DNA from: Camelus dromedarius
Taxonomy: Eukaryota
Reading direction: 5' to 3'
Assembly: GCF_036321535.1 (NCBI RefSeq)
Contig: NC_087436.1
Location: 61,010,001-61,074,000, forward strand
Length of the DNA: 64,000 nucleotides
Part shown: piece by piece, positions 50,287 through 63,532 of the stretch
Position numbering within the stretch: the stretch's first letter is position 1
How the letters are laid out: every line of letters starts with the position of its first letter
The notes under the pieces: model-generated
Database searches by the model: none
What the model saw: only the letters and a program-made list of their open reading frames with translations
What the model was told of the DNA's origin: nothing
Translations under genes and position numbers: made by a program

Positions 50287-52697
50287 ACTATCCAGGGTAA
50301 TGACTACTTGCGGGCCGATGTCCACAACGGAGAAGAATCAATAGGTCAATTCATGGATTAGGGTCCTGATTAGGGTCTTAATTTTTGTAACCATAGATAT
50401 ATTTTTTTTGCTTGTCTTGCAATAGTTTGTCTTAACCTGTTGGTTCTCACGTTGGAATCTCCTCCCACATCTTGTACTTTAAATAAACCTAAGCTCATCA
50501 ACATTTCCACACGCCTAAGTTAAGTCAACAAATAATTATCCTGATTAAAATGTCCTCTTCTCCTCTCTAGCGGTTCAGACTCTAATGACAACATATTCAT
50601 CTTACACACGAACTTGGCTTAAGTCAGGCCAGACTTCGCAAGTCTCAATTCATACCATTGTACTTTATAGATTTAGTGCCAGTTTGGGTGGGAAGAGGCT
50701 CAAGCACAGTGATGAAGCCAGGAAGTATTTCTTGAATGGAAATTTGGAAACTGGATACTGTAATTTTGCTAATTAAAAACAGGAAAGCTATTTCTCCTTG
50801 CTTTTGTTCACGATGATGGATTCCCCCTTTTATACAAATGGGCCTATAAAATGTAGTGGGTGCCAAGCCCACATTCATGGGATGTTCCCATAGTGCCTCT
50901 GCTCCCCGTTGCTTTCTGTGGTTGCAGCATTCTCATTCAAGAGCAGCTCCTGACTTCTGTGTCAGTTGCTTTGTGGCAGAATAGCTGCCTCCTGGTCAGA
51001 AGTTGCTGACACAAACATCACTTGTTAAAGGCGTGTTGCCTCTATGGAAAGTCAGATTCTGAATGGAGTTCATTTTCAGAGAAGTGTACATCTGGCCTGA
51101 CAAACGACTTTCCTATATGACGGGGCTGAGGTGGCCTATGCAGAAACAAAGCAACCCTTAAAGCACTAATATTTTGCTGTGCAGACAACATTGCCTGACA
51201 GCATTTAAACCATATAGTGTTAAATATCGATCTGCAATCGGTTGTGGCGGAGGCATTAATAATACTTATACCTACCATTTCATTAAGGGGCCATTATGGT
51301 CTAGGACTTTTCTCTAATCCTTACAGTAATCATATGAGGCAGGAATTATTAGCACCATTTCACCTGTATAGAGGCTTAGAGACTAAGTGACTGGCGGAAA
51401 ATGGCAAAGCTGGTAAATGGTGGAGCTGGGATTCACGCTCAGCCTACTTTGGAACCAAAGCCCTTGTCCTTCTCTGGTGATGAGTGTTTTAATAGAGCTC
51501 CAGTCACTGGGTCTCCATGACCACACCCTACCTCAGAGCAGTTAAGTCACAGTCTCTAGAGCGGGTTCTGGACTTGGGTATGTTTCAGAAGTACCCCAGG
51601 TGAAGTTAACATGCAGTCGAGGTTGGTGATTGTTGATGTCAAGTGTAAAATCTAGAGACAACCTAGATAAAGCCTGTATTTGGTTGTTAAACTGGTTTTG
51701 TATTTTACTGTTAAATTGGCACAATTTATCCATGTCACCCCCACTGCCTCTTTCCATGTCATTTTGTGCTGCCACGGCACTCTCCAGTGGCCTCCTTCAG
51801 TAATCCGAGCCCTCTACATGAACACACCCACGTAGTATCCTCTTGCACCTGGCATGGAGGTCCCGCTTTAGCTCCGTCTTACTTGGACTGTCTTTGGGGT
51901 CTTTGTGTAGCATTTTATTATCTGATCCTTGCCTTTCTCTTAGAAAGAAGCCTGGAGTAAGTCCCTAGTAGAGGTGAAAACAAGGTGGTTCCTTAGGGGA
52001 GAGGAGTGACTAATTCAGAATTGCAAAATCCAGATAAGGGGTGAAATCAGTTGAAATCTGAAGTGTGCCTATAATACCTACAGACTGATAGTGGGGCTGG
52101 GCTAGTTTGGGGAGGCCTTTCTGGCAGAGAGGGAAGAGCCTGAGACAAGAACTGGAAGCACCGAATGCAGGGTGACCTAATGAAAATTTTTGTGCCTAAA
52201 TTTGAGCCAGGTGTCTGCATGGTGAGTGGCCCACTTGAATGGAGGAGAGAAAGCGTTGCACATGCACTTGTGTGCACACATGTATAGTGGGAAGTAACTC
52301 TGCAAAGTGGCGAGCCCCTTGGAGACAAGTTTCAGTATCTTCTTCACCCATAGATCCCTCTGGAGACCCAGCACCACCCATTTCCTTTGGAGGGCCGCCT
52401 ATGACCCCTCCCCCATGACCTGGCTGATTGGACCAAGGACAGATGCCAGAACTAAAGGCACAAGTCCATTGTTTGGCTAGAGAACCAACCAGATGATCTC
52501 TCTTGGGAATGAACCAATGCTTACAGAGATTTCACAGCAGAAAGCACTGGAGTGAGAGACCATGCATTTACAGAGTGCTACACCCCTTATTTGTTTCAGG
52601 ACCCAAGGCTACAGTGATGCCCACGAGAAAGTTCCGGTCTCATCAAGCTAGTGTTAAAGCGGGGAAACAGCCAAACAAGAAATTTGCAGGTGGTCGT

Positions 52698-53052
52698 TGT
52701 CCTGGTCAGTTCAGGCTGCTACAACAAAGTCCTGGGTGGCTTACAAACAACAGACATTTATTTTTCTCAGTTCTAGAGGCTGGGAGTCTGAGATGAGTGT
52801 CCCAGAGATGTCTAGCTCTGGCAAGGGCGTGCTTCTTGGTTTGCAGACAGCTGTCTTTTAGTTGGATCCTCACATGGTGGGAAGAGAGTTAGGTAGCTCT
52901 TAGGCCCCTCCTTAAAAAGGCACTAATTCCATTCATGAAGGCTCTATCCTTGACCTAATTACCAACCAAAGGTGCCACCTCTAAGTAACGTCACTCTGGG
53001 GATACAGTTTTAACATATGAATTGTGGGGGACACAGACATTTGACCCAATGC
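52698..53052 (+). mobile_element. MaLR (MLT1A/B-like) LTR
   Basis: 'ggctgctacaacaaa...gggtggcttacaaacaacagacatttatt...gacctaattacc...aacatatgaatt...gggggacaca'. Confidence 0.75.
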
Positions 53053-53326
53053 CGTGATAAAGGCAATAGAATGGTAAAACGGGGTCATCTGATAGAATGC
53101 AATTGGGTGAGACAGATATTAACAAATAGAGGAGTCAAGAAAGACCTTTCCAAGAAAGTGACAGAGAGTATTGGGTATGGGGGCCATGGCCACAAACAGG
53201 AAAATAGTTGACAGGTGGAAAAGCCTGTGAAGGGATTCGAGGTAGGATATGTGGTCCCTGAGGGATTTAGGGAGGCCACAGGTAATTGTGGATTTCTGGT
53301 TCTTTTGAGCCTCTTCGCATGCCTTC

Positions 53327-53330
<4 letters not shown>

Positions 53331-53368
<38 letters not shown>

Positions 53369-53444
53369 CTCTTCTGACCTAGCTTGAATGGGTCTCCACA
53401 CACACAAACACACCCCTCTTCTGAGCTAGCTTGAATGGGTCTCC
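53331..53444. repeat. (CA)n microsatellite plus a duplicated 32-bp unit
   Basis: CCCCTCTTCTGA[C/G]CTAGCTTGAATGGGTCTCC occurs twice (53366-53397, 53413-53444), each copy preceded by CA repeats. Confidence 0.92.
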
Positions 53445-54641
53445 CGTTTTGCAAGCCAAAGTGCTTCAGCTAAAAGCAGGGATAAACTGAGGAGAATTCT
53501 GAATGGCAGTCTGCAGTTTTGGACTTTGCTCTGCCTCTGAAAGGGCTTTTGAGCAGTGTAGGGTGTGTCTTCATGCTCTGGTGTCAGGAAAAACATTCCT
53601 TTTTCGAGGATGGAAAGCTTCTGATTGTACTGAAGCATGCATTCCTCTGCCAACTGCTGGAACAAGAAAAACCACCACCACCATCCTGACTGCCAGCAGT
53701 CTGGCCAGCCACCACCTGTTCTCAATGCCTGTGAGTCATGTTTAGCTTAGCTAGGCAGCTCCAACAGTACCTGGGATGCAAAAACATCCTGAATTTCTCC
53801 AAACACCGCAGCAGGGCTGTTTAAACAGCACAATATTCAGGAAATAGTCATTATCTCCACACCTCCTGCATCCAGCGGGGTGGATTATCGGATAAGCTTC
53901 AGAGGGCAGCTCCAGCGAGTGCCAAGTCCTAACCCACCTAAATCTCCCAACCACTTGGGTACACTGCCAGTGGGGGCGGGGGGAGGGGAATGCAATGGAG
54001 CCAGGCTGCTCCTCAGGATGTTGGAGAGGAATTTGGGTTTGAATCTTTCCTCCTGTGTGAGGTCTTCTCTGCACATCAAATAAACTGTCTGCATTAGCAT
54101 TAAAAAATGGGGGCAGATTTGCAAGGGAAGGAAAAGAAACAGTTGTTTTTGCAAGTATTTTCCACTGGGGCCACTTTGGCCAATTACAGGGGGCAGGGGA
54201 AGGTGAAGGCAGGTGGAAGAGTCTTGTTTCTCTTCATTCTGCCCGGAAAGAGAGAGGATACCCTGGCAGCCATCACCTGGTGTCTTCTTCCCTTCATTTC
54301 CTCTTGTCTTTCCACGTCTGGCAGCGATCAAAGCTGACCTCAGAGGAAAGCAGTTGTTGTCAGTCTGGGCTGGATGAGGTTCTCATCAGGGAAACAGAGA
54401 TTGGTAGTCAACAGCTATGTGAGACTTTAAAAATACTCTTTACTTTACAACTATGGATTGTCACCCTCTGGTGTACCCTGACATGCACGGCTATTCTTCT
54501 GTGGTTTTTAAACTTTGCTTAAAAGTCAGACTCTTTATTCAAGTGAATTTTGTAGAGCTGGGTTACAAAACAGGTCAGCTGAGCTACTTACCAGGGAGGC
54601 AACTATAAGGGATTCTGGAATAAATCAGAAATATGATACTT

Positions 54642-55653
54642 AAAAAAAAATTTTTTTTTATTAAAGTATAGTCAGTTTACAATGTTGTGTCAATTTCTGG
54701 TGTACAGCATAATGTTTCAGTCATAGATGAACATACATATATTACTTTTCGTATTCTTTTTCATTATAGGTTACTACAAGATATTGAATATAATTCTTTA
54801 TGCTATACAGTAGAAACTTGTTGTTTATCTATTTTTTATATAGTAGTTAGTATCTGCAAATCTTGAACTCTCAACTTATCCCTTCCCACACCTTTTCCCC
54901 CCTGGTAACCATAAGTTTGTTTTCTATGTCTGTGAGTCTGTTTCTGTTTTGTAAATAAGTTCATTTGTGTCTTTTTTTTTTCTTTTTAGATTCCATATAT
55001 AAGTGATACCATATAGCATTTTTCTTTCACTTTCTGGTGTACTTCAGTTAGAATTACGATCTCCAGGTCCATTCATGTTGCTGCAAATGGCATTATTTTA
55101 TTCTTTTTTTATGGCTGAGTAGTATTCTATTGTATAAATATACCACAGCTTCTTTATCCAGTCATCTGTTGATGGACATTTCAGTTGCTTCCATGTCTTG
55201 ACTGTTTTAAATAACACTGCTATGAACATTGGGGTGCACGTATCTTTTTGAATTAAAGTTCCCTCTATATATGCCCAGGAGTGGGATTGCTGGATCAAAT
55301 GGTAAGTCTATTTTCAGTCTTTTGAGGAATCTCCATACTGTTTTCCATAAGGGCTGCACCGAACTGCATTCCCACCAATGGTGTAGGAGGGCTCCCTTTT
55401 CTCCACACCCTCTCTAGCATTTATTGTTTGTGGACTTTTGAATGATGGCCATTCTGACTGGTGTGAGGTGATACCTCATTGTAGTTTCCCCCCCCCCACA
55501 CTTAAGTTTGTTTGTTTATTTATTTATTAACATTCTTTATTGATTTATAATCTTTTTACAGTGTTGTGTCAAATTCCAGTGTAGAGCACAATTTTTCAAT
55601 TTCATTGTAGTTTTGATTTGCATTTTTTTGATAATTAGTGATATTGAGCATTT
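54642..55653 (-). mobile_element. 5'-truncated L1 (ORF2 end plus 3' UTR) containing a nested insertion
   Basis: Peptide [13 protein letters not shown]...KCPSTDDWIKKLWYIYTIEYYSAIKK, poly(T) at about 54651-54660, and TSD AGAAATRTGRTACTT (54627-54641 / 55654-55668). Confidence 0.92.
55488..55601 (-). mobile_element. Extremely truncated L1 3' end nested in the L1 above
   Basis: TSD TCATTGTAGTTT (55476-55487 / 55602-55613). The minus strand reads '...ctacactggaatttgacacaacactgtaaa...aataaa' plus an A-rich tail, similar to the host L1 3' terminus. Confidence 0.85.
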
Positions 55654-58039
55654 AGAAATGTGGTACTTTTAAACAGGTTTCCACCCGCTATTATCTTCAA
55701 AAGCATCAAAATTTACTTTGCTCCTAATCCTAGTAAACGAGAGGCTTTTGTGTGGAAACAAACAAACAAAAATTCTTTGATGGTGGTGGCCAATTTTTGT
55801 CTGAATGTTTTCGTGACTCCAGCATGCGTGAAGTTCATTCGGCCCCAGCCAAGCCTAGCCAGCCAGCCATCAGCTGAAATTCTGAAACCCAACAAGATGT
55901 CACTTCGTCCTGCTTACTGAGAACAAGTGGTTTATTTTATCACAGAAATTTTAAGCCCTTTAATGTCTCCTAAGATGTGTTTGGTTTGGCTATATCCAGA
56001 TTTACATCCTAAATAAGAACAACATTTCAGAAAATAGGATGTTTTGTTAAAAGAACGACAGAACAAAACAGGGTAAAAACACATTGAAAAAGCCACATAA
56101 GCTGCTTCTCTCCCAAGGAGTCTGAAGGCCTGGGTATGAGTATGCAGTGCTTTGCCGTTAAGAATAATGGAAAATCAGTGTAATGAAAGACAATTGCAAA
56201 TAAGTTAAAATATTATGTTAATGATAAATATATGTAATCATCTCCTGACCTGAACATAAAAGTATGTATCATTTTATCAACAGAAGTCAGTTAACTTCTT
56301 TCTACTGTCACTATATACTCTCACTCAATATTTAAAGAATTGGCACAAACAATATTTAAAGGATTATCCAGTCCGTAGAACCCATGTGCCCCCAACTAGC
56401 CTGATTAGGCGTAATCCTAATACAAGTTAAATGAGAGTGAGGTCTCTCTGGTTGACGTGGGAACCTGGAGAACCAATTAGGAGGTAGGTTGTTAAAAAAT
56501 TCTTTCTTTTACGAAATTATGAGGATAGAGATTAAATAAATAATCCTTTGGGGGCTAAATATAAAATTATTAGCCCTGTGATAGTCCCCAGGATTTTTAT
56601 TAAAATTGTACTTGTTTGTAAAGTAATAAAATCTGGGCACCACTGTTTTAAGGTACATTTTAAAGATGTTCTATGTTTTAGTTTAAAAAAGGAAATAGGG
56701 CTTTTTTTCTGATTACAACATTATACATGTTTATTTAAAAAATTAGAAAATACAGATATGATAGAATTGGTGACATAAAAAGCATTAATGTGTACGTCGT
56801 CACAGCTTTCCCCACTCCCCTCCTTTTCCGGGGAGGGTAGGCTCTAGTGTTTTGCTGTGCTGATTGAGGAAATGTGAGGCTTCAGAACTAGAAAGAAGAG
56901 AGTCTAGACTGACTTTTAGTGGAAAGAGCCCAGAGCTACAGGAAGGACCTAACAGATCTCAGAGCAAGAGGTTGAGGCTTGGAGGGGAGAGGAGGAAGGA
57001 TGGAGTTTTGCATGGAGCTGTCAAGGAGAAACACACAATAAAAGACTTAAAGATGCTTTCCCAAGTTTTCATTTCCGATTTTAGATTCTTTTGGGTGCAA
57101 AACTGTGTTGAAACTGACCATGGAATACCCAGTTTTATTTGGGTTACAAAGGGAAAAACAAAGAAAATTTTTAAAGTGCATAATTCCACTTTTAGCATGT
57201 ATTAGATTTTTAAAGCATGGTAAAGACAGCATTTCATACTTACCTTTCATTCCTCAGGGGAGAGCAAGTACATCAGAAAATATGTCATGTTCTTTAAAGT
57301 AGGTAGAAACTTTCTAGCCAATGGCTTCTTTTGATAAAGAGACACGTGTCATTGTTAGCTTGGTCTCTGCTCTAATGTTTCTTTCTGATAAAGGCCTTCT
57401 GGCTGCTGGAACTTGTGACTGATACTTCAGGGATAATCTCAGAGGCCTTGAGACAACAAAACCTTCCTTTCCTACTATGACAGAGAACTGTCTTCCACTG
57501 GACGGTTGTTGGTGAACCATCTTTGGCTTAAATGATTATGTGGCGCTTCTGGTTCCAAATAACATACAGATTCCCTTCCGCAACCCTCCTTATACTTTCA
57601 CAAAAACACAAATGGCAGAAGTCTTGGAGTATAAAATGCTCCATGGTTTCAAAACATCCACAGCTAAAACACAGGCAGATCCTCACTCAAGGAGAACTTT
57701 TCAAAAGGGCTAAAAGGAAACTTCCCTTGGGGAGCTTACATCCCTCTTCTGCCCGGACCTCAGATGAGCTGCCCTTTAGGTTCTGGAATTCCACACCTGA
57801 ATATGTTTCCTGGATGCTCTTTCAGGTGATTAATCCTTCCTCCAATTTCTTCCTCCTCTTCTCCCTGCACCCAACCAAAATAAGTTTAAAATTCTTGCTG
57901 GTTTTTGACAAAAGGGAGGAGTGATATATAAAGCATTTTATGACTAAAAATGACCATATATTAAATGGTAATGTCATTAAAATTTTTTTCTTTGGATACA
58001 TTGAATTTTATTTGGTTTCACCCTCCTAGGTCATAGAGG

Positions 58040-58456
58040 TTTTTTGGGGTTTTTTTTGTGTGTATATATATATATATTTTATTGAAGTATAGTCAGTTTA
58101 CAATGTGTCAATTTCTGGTCTACAGCATCATGCTTCAGTCATACATGAACATACATATATTTGTTTTCAAATTCTTTTTCACCATAAGTTAGTACAAGAT
58201 ATTGAACATAGCTCCCTGTGCTATCAACTTGTTATTTATCTGTTTTATATATATTAATTCGTGTCTGCAAATCTCAGATTCCCAAATTATTCCTTCCCAT
58301 CCCCTTCCCCCTTGGTAACCATAAGTTTGTTTGCTATGTCAGAATGTCTGTTTCTGTTTTGTAAATAAGTTCATTTGTGTCCTTTTTTAAAATGATTCCA
58401 CACATAAGTGATATTATATGTATTTTTCTTTCTCTTTCATGCTTACTTCACTTAGT
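58040..58456 (-). mobile_element. L1 3' UTR fragment (same family as 54642-55653)
   Basis: Close paralogy to ~54655-55050 ('attgaagtatagtcagtttacaat...ataagttcatttgtgtc'). Confidence 0.9.
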
Positions 58457-58580
58457 GGGGAGGTTATAGCTCAAGTGGTGGAGTGTGTGCTTAGCATGTG
58501 CGAGGTCCTGGGGTTCAATCCTCAGTACATCCTCTAAAAATAAATAAATAAACCTAATTATCTCCCTCTGCCAAAAAAAA
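58457..58580 (+). mobile_element. tRNA-derived SINE (Vic-1-like)
   Basis: GGGGAGGTTATAGCTCAAGTGG (A box)...GGTTCAATCC (B box)...aaataaataaataaacctaatta...A-tail. Confidence 0.85.
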
Positions 58581-61500
58581 TTGTTCAAAATTTTTTATTA
58601 GAAATTTATTTTTTTTTTAGAAGGACTAGGAAACAAAACATCAGAGTCCTTCTGGCAATCTTTAGTTTCTTACCTTTTTTGTTGCAGTTATCACAGGACT
58701 TCGTGCTTATCTTTTCTCCTCTTGTCCATTTCTGGATAATTGCTCAACTTCCAGGGATTTTTTGGCGCTTCTAAAAAGCTTATGTTTTCCCTCCTATTTC
58801 TTCATGGTGTCTGATATTTAATACCTTTAATATTACCTTAAAGTTATCTCTGTTGCGTGTTAGTTCCACAAGCAGGTGGTAAACAGCTTCTATTGGCCAG
58901 GCACATGTCTGGGGACTGGAGATAGAGATGAAGATCACTGAGATCATGGTCCCTGCCCTTGATGGTGGGAGAGGGAAAAACCCCGCGTTGATCTCAGTCC
59001 TCAATCCCACCGAACTGTCAACTGCTCCCACCATTGTATAGATGAGATGCTAAGTGGGAGAGCTGGGGAAGACACCTATACCTGCCTGACTCTACAGATC
59101 TGCCTAAGCTCTCTCCACTACCTGCACCCCCCAGGCTTGGCTAGAAGGCTGGGGAGCAAATCCATCACAGTTAGGGGAGAGAGAACCACGTTGAAGTATC
59201 CATGATGTGACTGGGATTTTAGAGATATGATATAAGGGACATAAAGTTCAGTCATTGAACTTGTCTTTGCACTTTCTCCGTGGTGAGAGGATTGAGATAT
59301 TCTTTTAAGTGAGGGAGTGAGGTTCATATTTAGAGGCTGAGAGTGAGAAGGCGGAGAGAAGGGGGCATTTTTGATGAGGTGCTGAATAGGGGTAGAAATG
59401 AATATTTCCAGAGGAAGCAGGAGGCAAAAATGGGCAAAACAAGAAAAGGTGATGTTTTTCTGGGAAGGGAGGTGGTATAGCATTTATCCTGAGATGAGTT
59501 TGAAGGAGGCTCGATGGATAATGAGGGAAGTACATTTGATGATTGAGAGGAGAGAGTTTGGAGAATTTATCCCCAGGCAGGTTTTCTTAGAGGCCAGTGG
59601 GTCCTGTGATGAAGGTCACATTGGTTAATCTCAGACGGGCTGTCCTAAAACACAAGTGGTCAGCTGCTTCTGTTAGTCATAGAAACCAGAGAAGTAAAAC
59701 AGATACACGTAAGGTAGGTGGGATGGACGTGCCTATACGTTTGGCACCACCTGTACTATAATAGTCACATAAAACAAACCAGAAAAGAAACTTAGTGCAT
59801 ATGGGAGCTCGGGGCAATTATAGGATCATTTAGAGCAGAAGAGTTTCAGTCAGTAGAGACCTTGCTGAAAAGAGATGATAAAGTGGCCTTGAATACGCGC
59901 ACGGTCTAGGTATCCACTGAGTGGGGGAACAGACTCCGCTCTTACTTGGGGAAAAGAGAAAGATGATTAAGTCATTAGTCAGACAAAGCAAGAGCTGACA
60001 ATGATGATAAAGCATTGGTATATCCAAAGGGGATTTTTGGTGCTGCACTAACTGTAATATGTTATACTTTAAAAAAAGAAGATGAAGTCAACTAATTTGT
60101 CTTGCTGACTCTGTAAAGCATTAACAACTTTTTCACTGACACTTGAATGGTGTGTTTCTCCTCTTCACATCCTCCGTGCCTCAAGTCTGTCTGCCCGCTG
60201 GTCCTGCTTCCCTCATTAGGCACCTGGGAGCAATCAATGAAGTGAGGTACAGGGCTGGAAAGGCATGAAAAGCCTCTTCTGGGACTTCCTGAGGTCCCAG
60301 GAGTGTCCTGCAGAATTTTACTTCTATCCACAGACCATCTCACTGGGACTGATTTCTCTCATAACCTAGACTGGCGTTTCACTCGAGCTGATCCCGGGCT
60401 AAATTGGAAAGTGAGCATCCAACGTGTCTTTCTGCATTTCCTTTCTGTGACTCTCTTCCTGTTCCTCGTGTTTCTCCCAAATTGGGATGTTTCATATTCT
60501 CTTAAAGCCTGTGCTCAGTGCCTGTCAATTTAGGAGAAACCTTTACTGAGGTGGAGATAATATTTAGCCCTCTCAGTGGTCCCAGAATTTTATAAGGGCC
60601 ACTTAGAGACCCCCTCATTTGACTGAACTCTAATGAAACACAATAAAATGGTGAAATTTTAGGTATAATAGGCTCCTGGGGAAAGGGTGTTGGGTTAGAA
60701 GATACCTTAGGAGCCCTTGAATTCTATCCTGTGAGAAAATTCATACCCAGAATCCCCGAGCTTACTGAACTCTGATGTCCTGGGGTTATGGAAAGTGTGG
60801 AGTTGATGCTCAGATGGACCATTCTCTTCCTCTGTTGACCAACAGTGACCAACCAACTACCTTCTGCAGGATTTAAAAGTATTCTGGGAGCCAAACTAGC
60901 CAGTCATTCGTAATGCTTCTAAGCATCAGAAAGTGATTAAAAACAACTATTTGGTGCATTTGAGCAGCAAGGAGGGAGTTTGGTCTGGCCTGGGGAGCGA
61001 TGATGACATCCGGTACATGTGCTGGTTTCCATTTGGTCCCATTCTTAGTCAAGCAGAAAGTGGGTACAGCCTATGGCAGGTCAGGCCACCAGAGGTTTAC
61101 GTTGTCAGATGGCGGCTGAGCCTGGGAATATGGGGGTACTTCTGAGGAATTCAGCTCTGCAAAAGATGAAAGAATATGAAGGCGCCTTCATCTTCCTCAA
61201 ATGCAGGCAATCTACCCTTTGCATGCAATACACCAGGACCTTAGAAGGGAAGATCAAATGATCCAGGATGGAAAATTGGCTGGAGAAGTCTTGTCTCTTG
61301 CTACAAATCAGCCTGCAAGGAATAGGCAACAGCAACTTCAATTCACACACATTTGAAGGATGGTGACTTCTGCATTATCCATGGTGAAATTTACAGCCAA
61401 CAATCAATATGTATTTTCAGGCAAAGAACCATCATTCACTTCTGTTATCAGACAATCTCAGGCAGAAATCATATCTTCTGTTACTTGAATGCACAGCATT

Positions 61501-63347
61501 TTCAACTGCTTTTATTTCTGTGGCTGCGAATAGCACTTTGCTCTGACTGGTATTTAGATGCTGCAGTTTTCTGAACTGCCATTTGGCTTGGGATAACCAG
61601 GACAAGCGTGAGTTTCAGGGGGCGAGTACGAGTAGAAAAGGAAAGAAAAAGTTGTCTGTAGGGAAAAAGCTATTTTTGTTAGCTCCAAGCAGCTTAATTT
61701 GTTATCGTTGACACTGAGTGTGATGTTGATTTAACGTTTGCATTAGGGGTATTGATTTTACAGTGAAAAGCCAGACACCAGCCATTGTCTAACAATGACC
61801 AGCATGATCAGAATTTCAGTCCCAGCATGATGTAGAGGATGAATGGCCTCCAGAAGATAAAGGATCTTGTCCTGGCTCTTTAAAGAATTTGCTATGTGAC
61901 ACTAGCCAAGTCACTTTACCTCTGTGGGTTTCAGATTTTGCCTCTATCAGGAGATAGATGTTGTATCCCTGACCTAAGATGCCTTCTAGCTCTGAGTCTT
62001 TGGCCGTATGATTGGGATTGTGTTTTACTCTTTAATGACCTTATAAATGCCTAAAATGAGGCAGGTTTCTATTGAATGACAGTAGGTTGTTTCCAACTCT
62101 TTGCTGTGACAAATAGTGGTTCAGTGAACTTCATGATGGTACATACACATATATCTATACTTGTGAGAGCATTGCTGAAGATTATATTTCTGGGAGTAGA
62201 GTGGCTAAGACAAGAGTTACACACATGAATTCTTTTTATAGATACTGACAAATTGCCTAACAAAATCTGTAATGGATTTATACCCATTAAAATGGTTTTG
62301 GTGTCAGGTGATAGAAAAGTCAACCCAAAGTGGAGAAAGGAAATTTAATGGTCCTTGTACCAACTGTCCAGAGGAAAACTGGTTTCAGGCATGGTTGGAT
62401 ACAGGCTCAGAAAGGATATCATCTGGCTCCAGGTTCTCTCTCCTGGCCCCTCAGCTCCACTCCCTCTTTGGTGGCTCCATCTCAGACAAGTTTCCCTTTG
62501 TGGGATTAAAATAGCTGTGGTGTTCTAGGCTTCATCAATTCAGATTTTAGGGTTTAGTCCTATGAGAAATATCATGTTAGTCCTATGAGAAAATACATGT
62601 TAATATCCTGGAAGCTTCAGTCAGTGTCTGTTTGGTCTTGATGGTTCACATGACCATCTCTGAATCAGTCTGAGTGCCCAGGGCCATGAAGGGTTTTATT
62701 GGCCAAACCTGGAGCTGTGTGTGGAGTCAGCTGCACCAGAACGTCACGGTCTGAGAGTGGGGTAGAGTGGCTCACCAACTAGAGTTGGCAGCTTCAGCTT
62801 TTTCTGAAAGTAGAGTCAATGGATAGGTGTGAAATCAATAGTAAAGGTGATGGAATGCTCCTATGGAGACAGACTCTATCATGTGGACTTGGGAGTTCAG
62901 ACTGTGTTCCATCTTGAGAGTTAGCCTTTAGAAGAGTTGGCATAGAGGGCTAATTAGGTGGTATGATTTAAATGACATTCTTTGCACTGCTGGTTGGGAC
63001 TGTAATTATGTATTACTGAAATGTCTTTGAGAGAGATCCTTAGATAAGATTGGTTTTATAACTGAAAAAGGAACCCTGTCTCTTTAGAAGGAGCAGGTGT
63101 ATTAACAAACAAAAGCATCTTAATCGTTTTGTTGAGGTTGCTATGGGAATGACTGAATGCAAATTTTATTTTAAGTCCCTTAAAGTTAGTAATCTGTAGA
63201 GAGCAGAGAAGTTTGGAGCAGGTGTTTTTGTTGTTGTTGTTTGTTTGTTTGTTCTGTTTTTTGAGAAGGAGAAAGAGATATCTTAAGGTTGGGGCAAAAA
63301 GAGTTTGAAGTTTTTAATCTGGAAGAGACCTGTGAGATTATTTAGGC

Positions 63348-63532
63348 CAGTGGTTCTTAAATTTGAGTGAGAATCACCTAGAAATTCTGTTAAAACAGAT
63401 TTCTGAGCTGCATCCCAGAGATTCTGATTCAGTAGGTCTGGGCAAGGCCTACATATTTGCATTTCTAATAAATTACCCAGTGATGCTGATGCGATGCTAC
63501 TGGCAGGGAGGACTACACCTTGAGAAGCACTG
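63348..63532 (+). mobile_element. hAT-Charlie MITE (MER5A-like)
   Basis: TIRs cagtggttcttaa...ttgagaagcactg, internal 'ctgattcagtaggtctggg', and degenerate 8-bp TSD atttaggc/agctaggc. Confidence 0.85.
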
